Under the pieces are notes generated by a model, which saw only the letters and a list, made by a program, of their open reading frames with translations, did not search any database and was not told the origin of the DNA. A stretch of DNA of 64,000 nt from Alkalispirochaeta sp. (GTDB lineage Bacteria; Spirochaetota; Spirochaetia; DSM-27196; Alkalispirochaetaceae), in the NCBI GenBank assembly GCA_965242725.1, contig CBDESZ010000025.1:160001-224000 (forward strand), in the 5' to 3' direction. Made by a program: the position numbers and the translations under genes. The first letter of the stretch is position 1, and every line of letters starts with the position of its first letter. Below are positions 20,232 through 30,525 of the stretch, in pieces.

Positions 20232-22028
20232 TTAAAAGAGGGTTACGTCACCCGCCTCAACGCCGCCTTCTACGTCCATGCCGATCAGCTCTCCTGCCTG
20301 CTGCTTCTGGGTCAGGATTGTAAAACGTTGGATGATCTCCTTCAGGCGATCGTTTTCTATCGACCAGGAATCTCGTTCCTGTGTCTCCAGCTCATTCCGG
20401 TAACGTCCTTCTATTTCACGTTCCATGCCGAGGAGGTCACCTTTCAGGTTGCGTATCTCCCGTGAGAGATCTGCAAGTTTCAAGCCGTTTTCCTTGCTCG
20501 TGTTAAATACGGTGAGGAACGAATCGGTAAAAAGGGAAAACTCCCCTATGACATCGGTAAGTACCCGATGGCTTTCGGTCAGAGCCGTGTACTGCTCCCG
20601 TATGGATGCGCCGAAATCGCGGACGAATCGTGATTCAACTTCAAAATGGGACTGGTAATGTTCTATCGCCTGGCTGATCGATCTGATGAACTCCTGGGTG
20701 GTCTCCAGGGCATCGGTAATATGTCCCTCGATTGTGTGGGTGAGCCGAGTCATATGATCGGTACTCGTTCCCATTCGACGGAGTGCTTCCTGTTTTGCAA
20801 CTTCAATGCGCGCCGCAATATCGATTGAATGAAACCGGCGGACCAGAGTCGTAAATGCCCTGAACTGAATCTCAAGAGTTTCCACAAGTGACGTCATCGA
20901 GTTGGAACGGGAGACAAGGGTGGTCTTTTTTTCAACACTTCGTTGAAGATCATCAAGGAGCTGTTGCAGCATATCCCGTGCGCTGGCGAACCGTCCGTGA
21001 ATGGTTGTATCCGTTCCTTCCGGACTATTTGCCGAAGTGCCGCTGATAAGAGCTCCTTCAGCTTCTTTGAGGGACTGGACCCGCTCCTCCGCGCGGCTTG
21101 TAAGCCGGGAAAAGGTGGTAACACTGTGGTCGATCTGCCCGGCGACGTCGTCAATGAGTCGGGACGCGAGCTGGGGAATTTTCACGATAAAGGCGAGCTC
21201 GTCCAGAAGGGCGCGTTGAGAGGTAAGCTCGCCTTCCGGACGAATTGCCTTCAGGGAGAGGATGATATGGTCAATGGACTGCCGGATGAGATCCTGAAGC
21301 TGAATTGCCTCCATCATCCCGTTGATGGGTTCCCGGACCTCCGTGGATCCATCCCTGAGTTCACGAAGTCCCGCAACGGTCTCATGCACCGTTTCGTCCA
21401 GCGCACCGAGGCTGCTGGAAATGCGGGTTTGAAGATCCTTGACGAGGTTGTCATGAAACGACTGGGCGTCATCGAGCTGTCGCTCCAGCGTTCGGAAATT
21501 CTCCATCAACTCACTGCCCTGGTATGAGATTTCTTCGGAGAGGGCGATGGTCCGGTTGGCAAGTCGTTTCAGCTCTTCCGTTATGTAGCTGAACGCTCGC
21601 CCCGCCGTTCCCGCCTTCAGAGCGACGGTCATCGCGTTCAGCGAGACCAGTTCCATCTCTTCGCTGTCTTCCCTGATGTTGTGTATGTTTTCCGCGATCG
21701 TTTCCAGCTGTTCGATGCCGTGCTGGAGATGGGTGAACAGTTCCGAATCCCGCGTCGCCATTTGCATGAATGACGAATTTCCCCGCTGCATTTCCGAACG
21801 CAGTTGACTGACCACCTCCGAAATATCGCTTCCTGAATCGGCGGTGACGTCGCCGGGCTGTTGTACATCCGACAGGACCGCCCGGGAGCGCTCCAGACTG
21901 CGGTTCATTTCTGAAACGAGAGAAGGGAGACTTTGAGCGAGTACAAGGAATATCTCTTCCGTCCTGCCGGCAATTGTCTGCAGATCATCGATCAATCGGT
22001 CCCGGAGATGTATGGGAATGGAATTCAT
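20232..22028 (-). CDS. Soluble methyl-accepting chemotaxis-like protein
   Basis: 'LVSLNAMTVALKAGTAGRAFSYITEELKRL', 'QLQDLIRQSIDH'; no TM segments. Confidence 0.75.
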   Translation of the reverse strand: MNSIPIHLRDRLIDDLQTIAGRTEEIFLVLAQSLPSLVSEMNRSLERSRAVLSDVQQPGDVTADSGSDISEVVSQLRSEMQRGNSSFMQMATRDSELFTHLQHGIEQLETIAENIHNIREDSEEMELVSLNAMTVALKAGTAGRAFSYITEELKRLANRTIALSEEISYQGSELMENFRTLERQLDDAQSFHDNLVKDLQTRISSSLGALDETVHETVAGLRELRDGSTEVREPINGMMEAIQLQDLIRQSIDHIILSLKAIRPEGELTSQRALLDELAFIVKIPQLASRLIDDVAGQIDHSVTTFSRLTSRAEERVQSLKEAEGALISGTSANSPEGTDTTIHGRFASARDMLQQLLDDLQRSVEKKTTLVSRSNSMTSLVETLEIQFRAFTTLVRRFHSIDIAARIEVAKQEALRRMGTSTDHMTRLTHTIEGHITDALETTQEFIRSISQAIEHYQSHFEVESRFVRDFGASIREQYTALTESHRVLTDVIGEFSLFTDSFLTVFNTSKENGLKLADLSREIRNLKGDLLGMEREIEGRYRNELETQERDSWSIENDRLKEIIQRFTILTQKQQAGELIGMDVEGGVEAGDVTLF

Positions 22029-22071
22029 AGGTAATACGAATAGTACGTCATTTGAAAGACCCGGTGCAATG

Positions 22072-22103
22072 AAAAAAGGCCGTCCATATCATATAGACGG
22101 CCC
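22072..22103 (-). terminator. Rho-independent terminator after the ABC ATPase gene
   Basis: Minus strand GGCCGTCTATA-tga-TATGGACGGCC followed by T6. Confidence 0.8.
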
Positions 22104-22124
22104 TTCGATTGCCGGATATTCCGG

Positions 22125-23243
22125 TTACTGCTGGAACTGGTCAACGTCGACGTTGAGAGCCTGCTCCGTGTCGAGGTCAAAGAGGATCGTCCGATCCTGA
22201 TCGGGAATCAAACGAACTTCATCTCCGACTTTGGGATGCGACGTGGGAGGAATGCGTGCGATGATTTGATGACTGCCGGTGGAGACGTAAATGTGTATTT
22301 CCGCACCCAGGGGTTCAACCACTTCTATGGAACTGACGATACACGTTCCGTCCGCCGCTTTGGGGGAGAACTCAAGATCTTCCGGCCGAACTCCAAATAC
22401 GAGATCTTTACCGCTGTGATCTTTTGCCACCTCGGCGAGCTTCCCTTTGAGTTCCAGCTTGAAATTTCCCTCATCGGCAAACACCTTGCCGCCCTCTTCA
22501 ACGATCTTGACGGACATGAAGTTCATGGGGGGTGAACCGATGAACCCGGCCACGAAGCGATTGATGGGGCTGTTGTAGAGTGTCAGGGGGTCACCGATCT
22601 GTTGAATGACTCCGTCTTTCATGACGACGATCTTGTCCCCCATCGTCATCGCCTCCACCTGGTCGTGGGTGACGTAAATCATCGTCGCCTGAAGGCGGTT
22701 GTGCAGTCCCGAAATCTCGGCGCGCATTTGAACGCGAAGTTTGGCGTCCAGATTTGAGAGGGGTTCATCAAAGAGGAAGACCTTGGGATGCCGGACGATG
22801 GCACGGCCGACGGCAACGCGCTGTCGTTGTCCACCGGACAGCTGTTTTGGTTTTCTGTCCAGAAGGGACTCGATATCGAGAATCTTCGCCGCTTCATTGA
22901 CCCGCGCCTGAATATCGGCCTTGTCAAATTTGCGAATCTTCAATCCGAATGCCATGTTGTCATATACGGTCATGTGGGGGTACAGCGCGTAGTTCTGAAA
23001 GACCATGGCAATGTCCCGGTCCTTCGGCGGAATGTCGTTGACCCGCTTTTCGTCGATCATCAGATCGCCGCTTGAAATGTCCTCAAGTCCAGCGACCATA
23101 CGGAGCGTTGTGGTTTTTCCACAACCGGACGGACCGACAAGAACGACAAATTCCCGGTCCTTGATGTTGATGTTGGCGTCCTTAACGGCGTGAAAACCGT
23201 TGTCGTACACCTTGTTGAGGTTCTTCATCTCAACTGTTGCCAT
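22125..23243 (-). CDS. Carbohydrate ABC transporter ATP-binding protein (MalK/UgpC/MsmX)
   Basis: 'GPSGCGKTT', 'LSGGQRQRV', 'DEPLSNLD', TOBE domain; RBS GGAGG. Confidence 0.95.
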   Translation of the reverse strand: MATVEMKNLNKVYDNGFHAVKDANINIKDREFVVLVGPSGCGKTTTLRMVAGLEDISSGDLMIDEKRVNDIPPKDRDIAMVFQNYALYPHMTVYDNMAFGLKIRKFDKADIQARVNEAAKILDIESLLDRKPKQLSGGQRQRVAVGRAIVRHPKVFLFDEPLSNLDAKLRVQMRAEISGLHNRLQATMIYVTHDQVEAMTMGDKIVVMKDGVIQQIGDPLTLYNSPINRFVAGFIGSPPMNFMSVKIVEEGGKVFADEGNFKLELKGKLAEVAKDHSGKDLVFGVRPEDLEFSPKAADGTCIVSSIEVVEPLGAEIHIYVSTGSHQIIARIPPTSHPKVGDEVRLIPDQDRTILFDLDTEQALNVDVDQFQQ

Positions 23244-23344
23244 GTGGCACCTCCAAAAAAGGAATTATTTTATTCCTCATAAGTGTAGATGCACTTCGGG
23301 TATCTGTCAAACTTGAGCTTTGTTACGGAATGAGCGATTCGCCG

Positions 23345-24550
23345 TCAGTCACCGCGCTGCCGGTACCAGCGATCCAGCCGCAATCGAAGTTCCTCCACCC
23401 CCTGGGGATTTTCCAGAAAGGGTGCCACGACCTGCTCCGTCGCTTCATTCCAGTAGCGGGGCAGCACGGACGGCAGGGCGAGAATCCCCGGGGAGGGAAC
23501 GCGATCCCTGAATCGGGGATAAATCGATTCCGAGAGAGATATATTGACCTCAGGTACGGTGGAAAAACCTTCAAGAAACCCGAAGGTGTCTATCCGTGAC
23601 GCCACTTTTTCCCGGACAAGGTCTTCCTGAACATCTGCGGTCGTAAGCCAGGTGAGAAACTGAAAAGCCCGATCCGGCCGACGGGAATTGCGAAGGACGC
23701 CGCCGTAAACGACATTTTCGTTCACTTCAATCCGGCCGTCGGGGCGTGAAAGCCAGCGAAAACCAAAGCTGTGATCGCCGAGAAAGGACCATGTGAACAT
23801 GGTGTTACTCTCTCCATAGGCAACGGCGACCCGTCCGTTTTCAAGTTGCCGTAGGAGCGGCTCATAAAGATATTCGTCCCGATAGCTGCGCTCTGCCGCC
23901 GCGCCGCCGTAGACTTCGTCCTGCCACGATCGTACCTCCTGAATCGCTTCCCGAAGGACCGTCTCCGACCAGGCGGGGTATCCTTCTTCCGTGACGGAGG
24001 GTGAGAAACCGAGACTCTTGTATACCCCGTAGAGACCCCGCCGTGACGATGTCGGCGCAAAGAGCGGCGCCTCGACATCGGCGGAACGCCACCTCGTCTT
24101 TTCAACGAGCTCAGGAAAACTTACGGCAAAGTCCGTTGTCATTTCCGTGCGGGGTTGATAGTACACGAGAACGGGCACATTGTAGGACAGCGGAATCCAG
24201 GAGTCCGTGTTGGTGAAAAAGCGGGAATGGACGGGGACTTGATTCGACCCGTTCGGTCGGTCGGTCTCGTATTCCTCGACCGGCACCATGAGGTTATTGA
24301 CGATCGGTGTATTGACCCACCGGCCGATCACGACATCTGCGTCGGACCGCTCCTGGGTCAGTGCCTGCACGAGGTCAGGTACGTAGCGGAAATGGACCGT
24401 TCCTTCTTCGACGAGGTTATATCGTTCCACGACAAAGGCGACGTCGGGGACGTTGCTCCAGATGACCAGCGGCGTATCTCCATTGCCGGTGCACGCCGTC
24501 GCGGTAATAGCAACGACGGCGAGGAGCATAACGAAGCGCGCTCTGGTCAT
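23345..24550 (-). CDS. Extracellular solute-binding lipoprotein
   Basis: Lipobox 'ATAC'; 'AFQFLTWLTT.DVQ' typical of SBP family 1. Confidence 0.7.
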   Translation of the reverse strand: MTRARFVMLLAVVAITATACTGNGDTPLVIWSNVPDVAFVVERYNLVEEGTVHFRYVPDLVQALTQERSDADVVIGRWVNTPIVNNLMVPVEEYETDRPNGSNQVPVHSRFFTNTDSWIPLSYNVPVLVYYQPRTEMTTDFAVSFPELVEKTRWRSADVEAPLFAPTSSRRGLYGVYKSLGFSPSVTEEGYPAWSETVLREAIQEVRSWQDEVYGGAAAERSYRDEYLYEPLLRQLENGRVAVAYGESNTMFTWSFLGDHSFGFRWLSRPDGRIEVNENVVYGGVLRNSRRPDRAFQFLTWLTTADVQEDLVREKVASRIDTFGFLEGFSTVPEVNISLSESIYPRFRDRVPSPGILALPSVLPRYWNEATEQVVAPFLENPQGVEELRLRLDRWYRQRGD

Positions 24551-24571
24551 GAGAAGGTCATCGACGGGCTG

Positions 24572-25870
24572 TTATTTTCCGACCGCTTCGGCGGCGGCAA
24601 ATATGTCGTCAAAGAGTTCCGGAAGGAGCTCCCGGTCTACCCCGGCAAACGCTACCCGAAGGAACTGGTCCTTTACGGAGATCGTGCCGATACCCTGTTC
24701 GAGCAGTGAGAGGCGCAGTTCTTCCGCACTGAAACCGTTGCACCGGAAACTCATAAAGTACCCGCTGTTACAGGGCATGGGCTGAAGGGCGGGGGCGAGA
24801 TTTTCCCGCTCTTTTTTGGCCAGAATTTCCCGGAGGGTGTGGAACCGACCCGTCAGGAGCTGGAATGCCTCCTCTTTCTGGCGGTCATATTCGGGGTGTG
24901 CCAGCGCCCGCAACAGCAGCGACTGGGAAAGCATGCTGGAGTTGCTGACCATGGAGCGGACGGCACCGGTCAGTTTCTGCTCAATCGCAGCGGCGTGTGT
25001 CTCGGTCATGCCTTGAAAGGCGATGGTGACAAATCCGATTCGAAACCCCCAGACAAAATCCTCTTTTGTGGCGCCGTCAACTTTGATGGCAAGGAGGTTT
25101 TCATGGGCATCAGCCAATACGGTAAAGAGGCTCTGCCGGTAGGCGTCGTCGTCGTAGAAGAGACCGAAATAGGCGTCGTCGCAAATGACCGTCACCGGAA
25201 CGGAGTCGGCAAGACCGACGAGCGTCGATGTAATGAAGTCGACATCCTCTTTGCTTGGCGTAAAACCGGCGGGATTATTGGGGAAATTCAGGATCACCGT
25301 AAGCTTTCCGCCCGCCGCGGCAGATCGTGCGCCGTCGGCAAAGGAGGTCCGGTCAAACCGGCCTTCAGCGTTAAAAAAGGTGAACTCCTGGAGGCGGCAC
25401 CGTCGGCGTTCTTCAAATATCAGCCGGTAGTTGCCCCAGAAAAGGTCGGCCAGCAGGAGCGTCTCATTCTCATCGGTAAAAAGATCGGCCACGGTCGTGA
25501 TGCCCGCCGTCAAACCGGGAACAACGGCGGGACGGGTCGTCCTGATACCCTTCAGATCGGGATTTTTGCGGATCATCTGCTCTTTCCACGCGTCCCGCAG
25601 CGCCGGGACCCCCGCCGTCGGAGCGTATGCCACCGATTCCTCGGATGAAAGGGGCGCAGTCAACTCGGCAATAAGAGGGAGTGTCATGGGACTTCCCGAC
25701 GCATACGCCATGCCGACTGTGGCATTGAACTTTGTCGCTTTGCTCTTCGCTTCCGCCGCCTGCGCGACGATGCCTTTCGGGAAATACATCCGGCGTCCGA
25801 GGTCGGAAAATTGGCGGGCGGCAATCGTATTTTGGAGGGTGTCATTGAGAGCGCTTGCGAGTTTGTTCAT
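24572..25870 (-). CDS. Class I/II PLP-dependent aminotransferase
   Basis: 'NFPNNPAG', 'DDAYFG', 'DGATKEDFVWGFRIG'. Confidence 0.92.
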   Translation of the reverse strand: MNKLASALNDTLQNTIAARQFSDLGRRMYFPKGIVAQAAEAKSKATKFNATVGMAYASGSPMTLPLIAELTAPLSSEESVAYAPTAGVPALRDAWKEQMIRKNPDLKGIRTTRPAVVPGLTAGITTVADLFTDENETLLLADLFWGNYRLIFEERRRCRLQEFTFFNAEGRFDRTSFADGARSAAAGGKLTVILNFPNNPAGFTPSKEDVDFITSTLVGLADSVPVTVICDDAYFGLFYDDDAYRQSLFTVLADAHENLLAIKVDGATKEDFVWGFRIGFVTIAFQGMTETHAAAIEQKLTGAVRSMVSNSSMLSQSLLLRALAHPEYDRQKEEAFQLLTGRFHTLREILAKKERENLAPALQPMPCNSGYFMSFRCNGFSAEELRLSLLEQGIGTISVKDQFLRVAFAGVDRELLPELFDDIFAAAEAVGK

Positions 25871-25930
25871 GGATCAACTATAGCTGAAACTGAATTGACG
25901 GTAAAGGTCGCAATGGCGTAATGTAGAAGC

Positions 25931-27505
25931 GTGCCGGAACAAAAGCCTCAAAACGCCTCAAATGCGTCGTCGGATACGGAAGACGCCGGTTTTATTTCGA
26001 AAATCCTCACATTACTGCTCGGTATCGGCGGCGAAGATCGGCAGAAGCGACGTATGCTGCGGACGATCGGGAAAAATCTGAGCCGGGACCGTTACAAGTT
26101 TTACCGGCCCCGGGGCAAAGAGGTGCAGTCAAACCTTCCGCGCCTCCTGTATGAGACGTATCGTGTGATCGCGTCGGTACGGAAGCTGGTGCAGACCGCC
26201 GACGCGAGCAACTCCCTGAAAATGGTTGTTATCGAGTCGCTCATGAACGACGAACAGCGGGAGATTCGGGACAGCCTTGACGAGCGGGCGATCAGAGAGC
26301 GGGTAAAGAAAAGCGACCTGAAGGAAGTGGCCGACGAGGTCAAGAACGCCCTGATTCAACTTGTGGCCAGTTTTGACGCCGAGAAAGTACGACAGATCAA
26401 CACGCTCTATGGAAACGTTCGTTCATTTGTCGAATTCTGTCATTTTGATTTCTATTTCACCTTGAAAAAGTTTGATTCCGCAATCAGTGAAGACAGCTTC
26501 ACCTATAAGCCGAAGTTTGAATCGATAGACGCCGAGTACGTCGTCGACGACCTGAGAGATTTTCTCGATGTGGCGGAGGCGCTGCCCCAGGACGCCGATT
26601 GGGACGCCGTTTTTGACGTACTCGCGGCGTATCGCAACGTGGAAGCGGTAGAGCGTGCCCAATGGCGCAAGGTCTGGAAGACGCTGCGGAGCGTCCTGGA
26701 AAGCAACGTGTTGCGTGACGTCGTACGTCACGTGGCGGACGATCCTTACTGGGAGCCCAAAGCATCCGCGGCGGGTCACCGGATCGTTGAGCCCTATCTC
26801 AACCAGGTCAAGAGCGATGCCGAGGCGACACTTCAGAAGATCTCAAGGGAGCGCCGGAACAGCAAGATCGAGCAGCTGGTCAAGCAGGTATTTGGAACGA
26901 CCGTCGTTGCCCGGACGAAAAACTATACGGAAAAGGCAAACGTCCAGTTTCAACGAATTGAAGGGTCCGGGTACATTCACGTGCAGGCGATGAACTACCT
27001 CAAGGCGTATCTTCTCGACTATTTCAAGAAGGACGTCCGCGAAATCGTCCAGGATCTCCTCATCGTGCGCGGCAAATGGGTAACCAACGTACAGGCCCAA
27101 CAGGTTTCCGATGCGTATCACGGAGTGCTCTCAATATCTGAAGAGATCATTTCCCTCGATGACAGCCTGTCCGAGGAAGGTGAGCTTGGACAGAAAATGC
27201 GCCGCGCCCTGGGAAGAGTGGTAGACCGCGACCGCAGTTCACAGAAGTTTGCCCGGGAGTTGCTCGATCAGATCAATACCAAGGTACTCGGCCTGGTGAA
27301 CGAGGCGGCGCAGAACCTGATCATAATCGGCAAGAACCTGAAAGCCCTCATAGAGGATATCGACAGGCGGGAACATCAGATCATAACCAACTGGAAGGAA
27401 CTCGACGGGGATATTGAAGATTCCCTCAAGGAACGCATGGCCGCGATGTACAGGCAACTCTACCACATCGTTCAGCTCCTTCAGGTATACGTCGGGAAGA
27501 ACTGA
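25931..27505 (+). CDS. Conserved spirochaete helical protein (DUF5312-like)
   Basis: Long alpha-helical ORF with 'FDFYFTLKKFD' and 'IITNWKEL'; family assignment from memory. Confidence 0.6.
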   Translation: MPEQKPQNASNASSDTEDAGFISKILTLLLGIGGEDRQKRRMLRTIGKNLSRDRYKFYRPRGKEVQSNLPRLLYETYRVIASVRKLVQTADASNSLKMVVIESLMNDEQREIRDSLDERAIRERVKKSDLKEVADEVKNALIQLVASFDAEKVRQINTLYGNVRSFVEFCHFDFYFTLKKFDSAISEDSFTYKPKFESIDAEYVVDDLRDFLDVAEALPQDADWDAVFDVLAAYRNVEAVERAQWRKVWKTLRSVLESNVLRDVVRHVADDPYWEPKASAAGHRIVEPYLNQVKSDAEATLQKISRERRNSKIEQLVKQVFGTTVVARTKNYTEKANVQFQRIEGSGYIHVQAMNYLKAYLLDYFKKDVREIVQDLLIVRGKWVTNVQAQQVSDAYHGVLSISEEIISLDDSLSEEGELGQKMRRALGRVVDRDRSSQKFARELLDQINTKVLGLVNEAAQNLIIIGKNLKALIEDIDRREHQIITNWKELDGDIEDSLKERMAAMYRQLYHIVQLLQVYVGKN

Positions 27506-27517
27506 AAATCCGGATCT

Positions 27518-28063
27518 TCAGTCCCGACGATCGTCGCCTTCCTCTCGCGGGGGATCGGGCGGGGACGTGCCGTGTTCCAGATCCAGGAGCGTTTTCTTTA
27601 TGGTTCTCCCCGTTTCAGGGTGAACTTCCGAGCGGGCGTACTCGCCATATGAACCGTCCGATCGAATGACCCTGTGGCAGGGAATGACGATGACGACGGG
27701 ATTTGCCCCTACCGCCTGACCGACGGCGCGCGCCGCGTGACGGCGACCTATTTTCTGTGCCAGGGCGGCGTAGCTGATCGTATCACCGTAGGAAATCTTT
27801 TGCAGGCGGGTCCAAATGGCACGCTGAAACTCTGTGCCTCCCAGGTGGGTGGAAACGGTAAAACGACGCCGTTCCCCGTTGAAATACTCGCTCAGCTGAT
27901 GCTCCAGCTCCCCGCATGCGTATTTGTTCTCCCGCCACACATGTTCCGGAAGGGCGGGGCGAAAATCGGTGTATCCGACACGATGAACCGTTCCTCTCCG
28001 GTCGACGGCGAGGTAGAGCGGTCCTACGGGAGAGGGGTAGACGTGTGTGAACAATATCTCCAC
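27518..28063 (-). CDS. ogt: Methylated-DNA--protein-cysteine methyltransferase
   Basis: 'GTEFQ..IW..L..I.YG', 'ARAVG.A...NP', active site 'IPCHRV'. Confidence 0.93.
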   Translation of the reverse strand: MEILFTHVYPSPVGPLYLAVDRRGTVHRVGYTDFRPALPEHVWRENKYACGELEHQLSEYFNGERRRFTVSTHLGGTEFQRAIWTRLQKISYGDTISYAALAQKIGRRHAARAVGQAVGANPVVIVIPCHRVIRSDGSYGEYARSEVHPETGRTIKKTLLDLEHGTSPPDPPREEGDDRRD

Positions 28064-28113
28064 GGGACGATCCTACCAACTCGGCCGGTGCGGAACAATA
28101 GGCTTCGGCGCGG

Positions 28114-29280
28114 TCACGTCATTGTTGCAGGGCGGGTACTCAGATCGTGCAGGCGATCACGGAGGGCCGGCACTCCTTCTCCCGTCGCGGCGGACAGGGA
28201 AAACACCTCACGAATACCGGAATGGGTGCCGAGGAACTCCATGGAGCGAACGGTGTCCCCGTCGGCACGGTCGATTTTATTGAGGACGAGAATCCGCGGA
28301 GCCGTGGTTGCGCCGATGTCTGAAAGGATTTTCATCGTCGTTCTGAACTGCTGTTCCCCGTCCGGATCGGACGCGTCCAGGACGAGAAGCAGGACGTCAG
28401 CCTCGATAACTTCTTCCAGGGTCGAGTGAAATGCATCGACAAGGTCCGGCGGCAAATTCCGGATAAACCCGACCGTGTCATTCAGCAGGGCAACGGCGTC
28501 GGGAAACTCCAGACGCCGCGTCGTCGGATCGAGGCTGGCAAAGAGCTGGTCCGCCGCACGGACATCAGAACCGGTGAGAACGTTCAGGAGCGAGGACTTC
28601 CCCGCATTGGTGTAGCCCACCAGGGTAGCCCGAAAAACCTCCCGTCGGCCCGATCTTCTTAGCGCTCGCTGCCGCCCCACCTTCTGCAACGCCTGGGTAG
28701 CCCGTACGACCCGCTGCGACAGACGTCGCCGGTCGATTTCGATCTGTTTTTCCCCCTCACCCCGGGCGAGACGGCTTCCGCCGCCCTGGCGGCTTAAATG
28801 CTGCCACATACCGACAAGATGCGACTGGGTGTATCGTGCCCGGGCGAGTTCCACCTGGAGCTGCGCTTCCCGGGTCTGTGCACGCCGGGAGAATATTTCG
28901 AGTATCACCGCGTGGCGATCGTAGACTTCCCGGTGCGCCGCCCGTGCCCAGTTGCGCAGCTGAATCGGGGAAAGGGTGTTGTCGAAGACGATAACACCCG
29001 CCTCAGTCTCCTCGGCGTGGTGAATAATCCGTTCCACCTGTCCCTTGCCGAGAAACATTCCGGCGTGGGGCTGACGCACGTGCACGATCTCGCCTGCTGC
29101 GGGGGATAGACCCGCGGCGGAGCAGAGGCGTCCCAGCTCCTGGAGGCTCGTATGGGCCGCTCTCCGGGCGGATTCCGCCGACTCTCCTGCGGACGGATCC
29201 GGCGTAAACGGTCCTACCAGGAAGCACCGATTGGCGCGTAGTTCCTCTTCGGAAACTGTATGAAGCTTCGGGTCACTCAC
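28114..29280 (-). CDS. hflX: GTPase HflX
   Basis: 'GKGQV', 'EAQLQVELA', 'GYTNAGKS', 'DTVGFI', 'NKID'. Confidence 0.95.
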   Translation of the reverse strand: MSDPKLHTVSEEELRANRCFLVGPFTPDPSAGESAESARRAAHTSLQELGRLCSAAGLSPAAGEIVHVRQPHAGMFLGKGQVERIIHHAEETEAGVIVFDNTLSPIQLRNWARAAHREVYDRHAVILEIFSRRAQTREAQLQVELARARYTQSHLVGMWQHLSRQGGGSRLARGEGEKQIEIDRRRLSQRVVRATQALQKVGRQRALRRSGRREVFRATLVGYTNAGKSSLLNVLTGSDVRAADQLFASLDPTTRRLEFPDAVALLNDTVGFIRNLPPDLVDAFHSTLEEVIEADVLLLVLDASDPDGEQQFRTTMKILSDIGATTAPRILVLNKIDRADGDTVRSMEFLGTHSGIREVFSLSAATGEGVPALRDRLHDLSTRPATMT

Positions 29281-30194
29281 TCTTCGATGATCGCCCGCAG
29301 TTGCGGCTCCGGAGTCCCGGATTCAACGGTAAACGTGAGTTCCACGGGGTCACTCTCATTGCCCAGAAGGTCGACACCTTTTGCACGAATGACGTGGTCT
29401 CCCGGTTCGGTGATGGAAAGGGGAGCCGCGTAGGTTGCGAACTCGCTTCCGTTGAGAGAGAAATAGATTGACCCGACACCGGAGATGCGGTCTGTTGCAC
29501 GGAGGGAAAACTGGTTTCCCCGGACGCTGTACCGATTGCCGTTGGCAGTGGTGAGGGGGCGTTGCGGTACAATCCGGACAACCGGAGGCGTATTGTCGAC
29601 CCATCCCGTCACCATGTAGGTGCGGGATCTGTTTCCCACGTTGTCGACGGCGTAGGCGTAGCCGGTGTGTTCCCCTTCCTCCGGGATAAATACAACGTCC
29701 TGATAGGTCGTGAAATTCGTTCCGTCAAGACTTACGTGAATCGATTGCAGGCCCGACAGATTGTCGTCGCCGGTCAGCACAATTGCCGTATCGCTGCGTA
29801 TGTACACCGTATTATCTTCAACAAAACCCGCTCCCCTGGCCGTTCCAACCAGTCGGGGCGGCGTATCGTCGATAACGACGGTATATACATTCTCCCGTGA
29901 AACGTTTCCGAGGGCGTCGACGGCGCGATAGGTGATGACGTGGCGCCCTTCTTCCTCAATACGGATCGGTCCTTCATAGACCCGTGCTTCCTCTCCATCG
30001 AGGGAGTAGCGAATTTCATGGAGTTCCGAATCCATGTCGTCCGCCGTCAGTACGAAACGTGCCGCCCGCGGCGCGTACGCAACGCCGTCCCGTTGAAAGA
30101 TCCGTTTCTCCTGGGCCCCCGTCACCGCGGCGACGAGAATCAGGGTGAGAACCATGAACATAGATTTTCGCATTCCATTCTCCTTGGTCATCAT
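29277..30194 (-). CDS. Secreted protein with OmpL47-type Ig-like repeats
   Basis: Signal peptide; three repeats with 'YSLDG', 'EEG.H', 'AVD..GN' and 'D.TPP' motifs. Confidence 0.75.
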   Translation of the reverse strand: MMTKENGMRKSMFMVLTLILVAAVTGAQEKRIFQRDGVAYAPRAARFVLTADDMDSELHEIRYSLDGEEARVYEGPIRIEEEGRHVITYRAVDALGNVSRENVYTVVIDDTPPRLVGTARGAGFVEDNTVYIRSDTAIVLTGDDNLSGLQSIHVSLDGTNFTTYQDVVFIPEEGEHTGYAYAVDNVGNRSRTYMVTGWVDNTPPVVRIVPQRPLTTANGNRYSVRGNQFSLRATDRISGVGSIYFSLNGSEFATYAAPLSITEPGDHVIRAKGVDLLGNESDPVELTFTVESGTPEPQLRAIIEE

Positions 30195-30299
30195 CTATCC
30201 TGTGGCCCGCATTATATCGCCGTCACGGTATGAACAAAAGTGTGTCGCCCGGGTATATCGTTTCTTGTTGCACTCGCGACAAATCGCTATAATTTTTCC

Positions 30300-30509
30300 G
30301 TGTCGGAAGGACAAACAGCCCCGGAACATGCACCAAACTGTCTTCAATGCAGGCATTTCACCGTTACCTGGAACCCAAAGTATCCCCGGGGATGCACAAT
30401 GTTTGAAATCAAGTCCCGTCGCCTCCCGAGTATCGTGGTCTACGAGAACACCGGCCACCACTGTCCTGCCTTTGAGTACGCTCCGGGGCACGCGTCGCGA
30501 CGGAAATAG
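30300..30509 (+). CDS. Small four-cysteine protein (family often mislabelled 'uracil-DNA glycosylase')
   Basis: 'CLQCRHFTVTW...PRGC..F..KS..LPS..V...TG..C..F'; GTG start 6 nt after TATAAT (30288-93). Confidence 0.75.
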   Translation: MSEGQTAPEHAPNCLQCRHFTVTWNPKYPRGCTMFEIKSRRLPSIVVYENTGHHCPAFEYAPGHASRRK

Positions 30510-30525
30510 CCGTCCCCGGTGAGGT

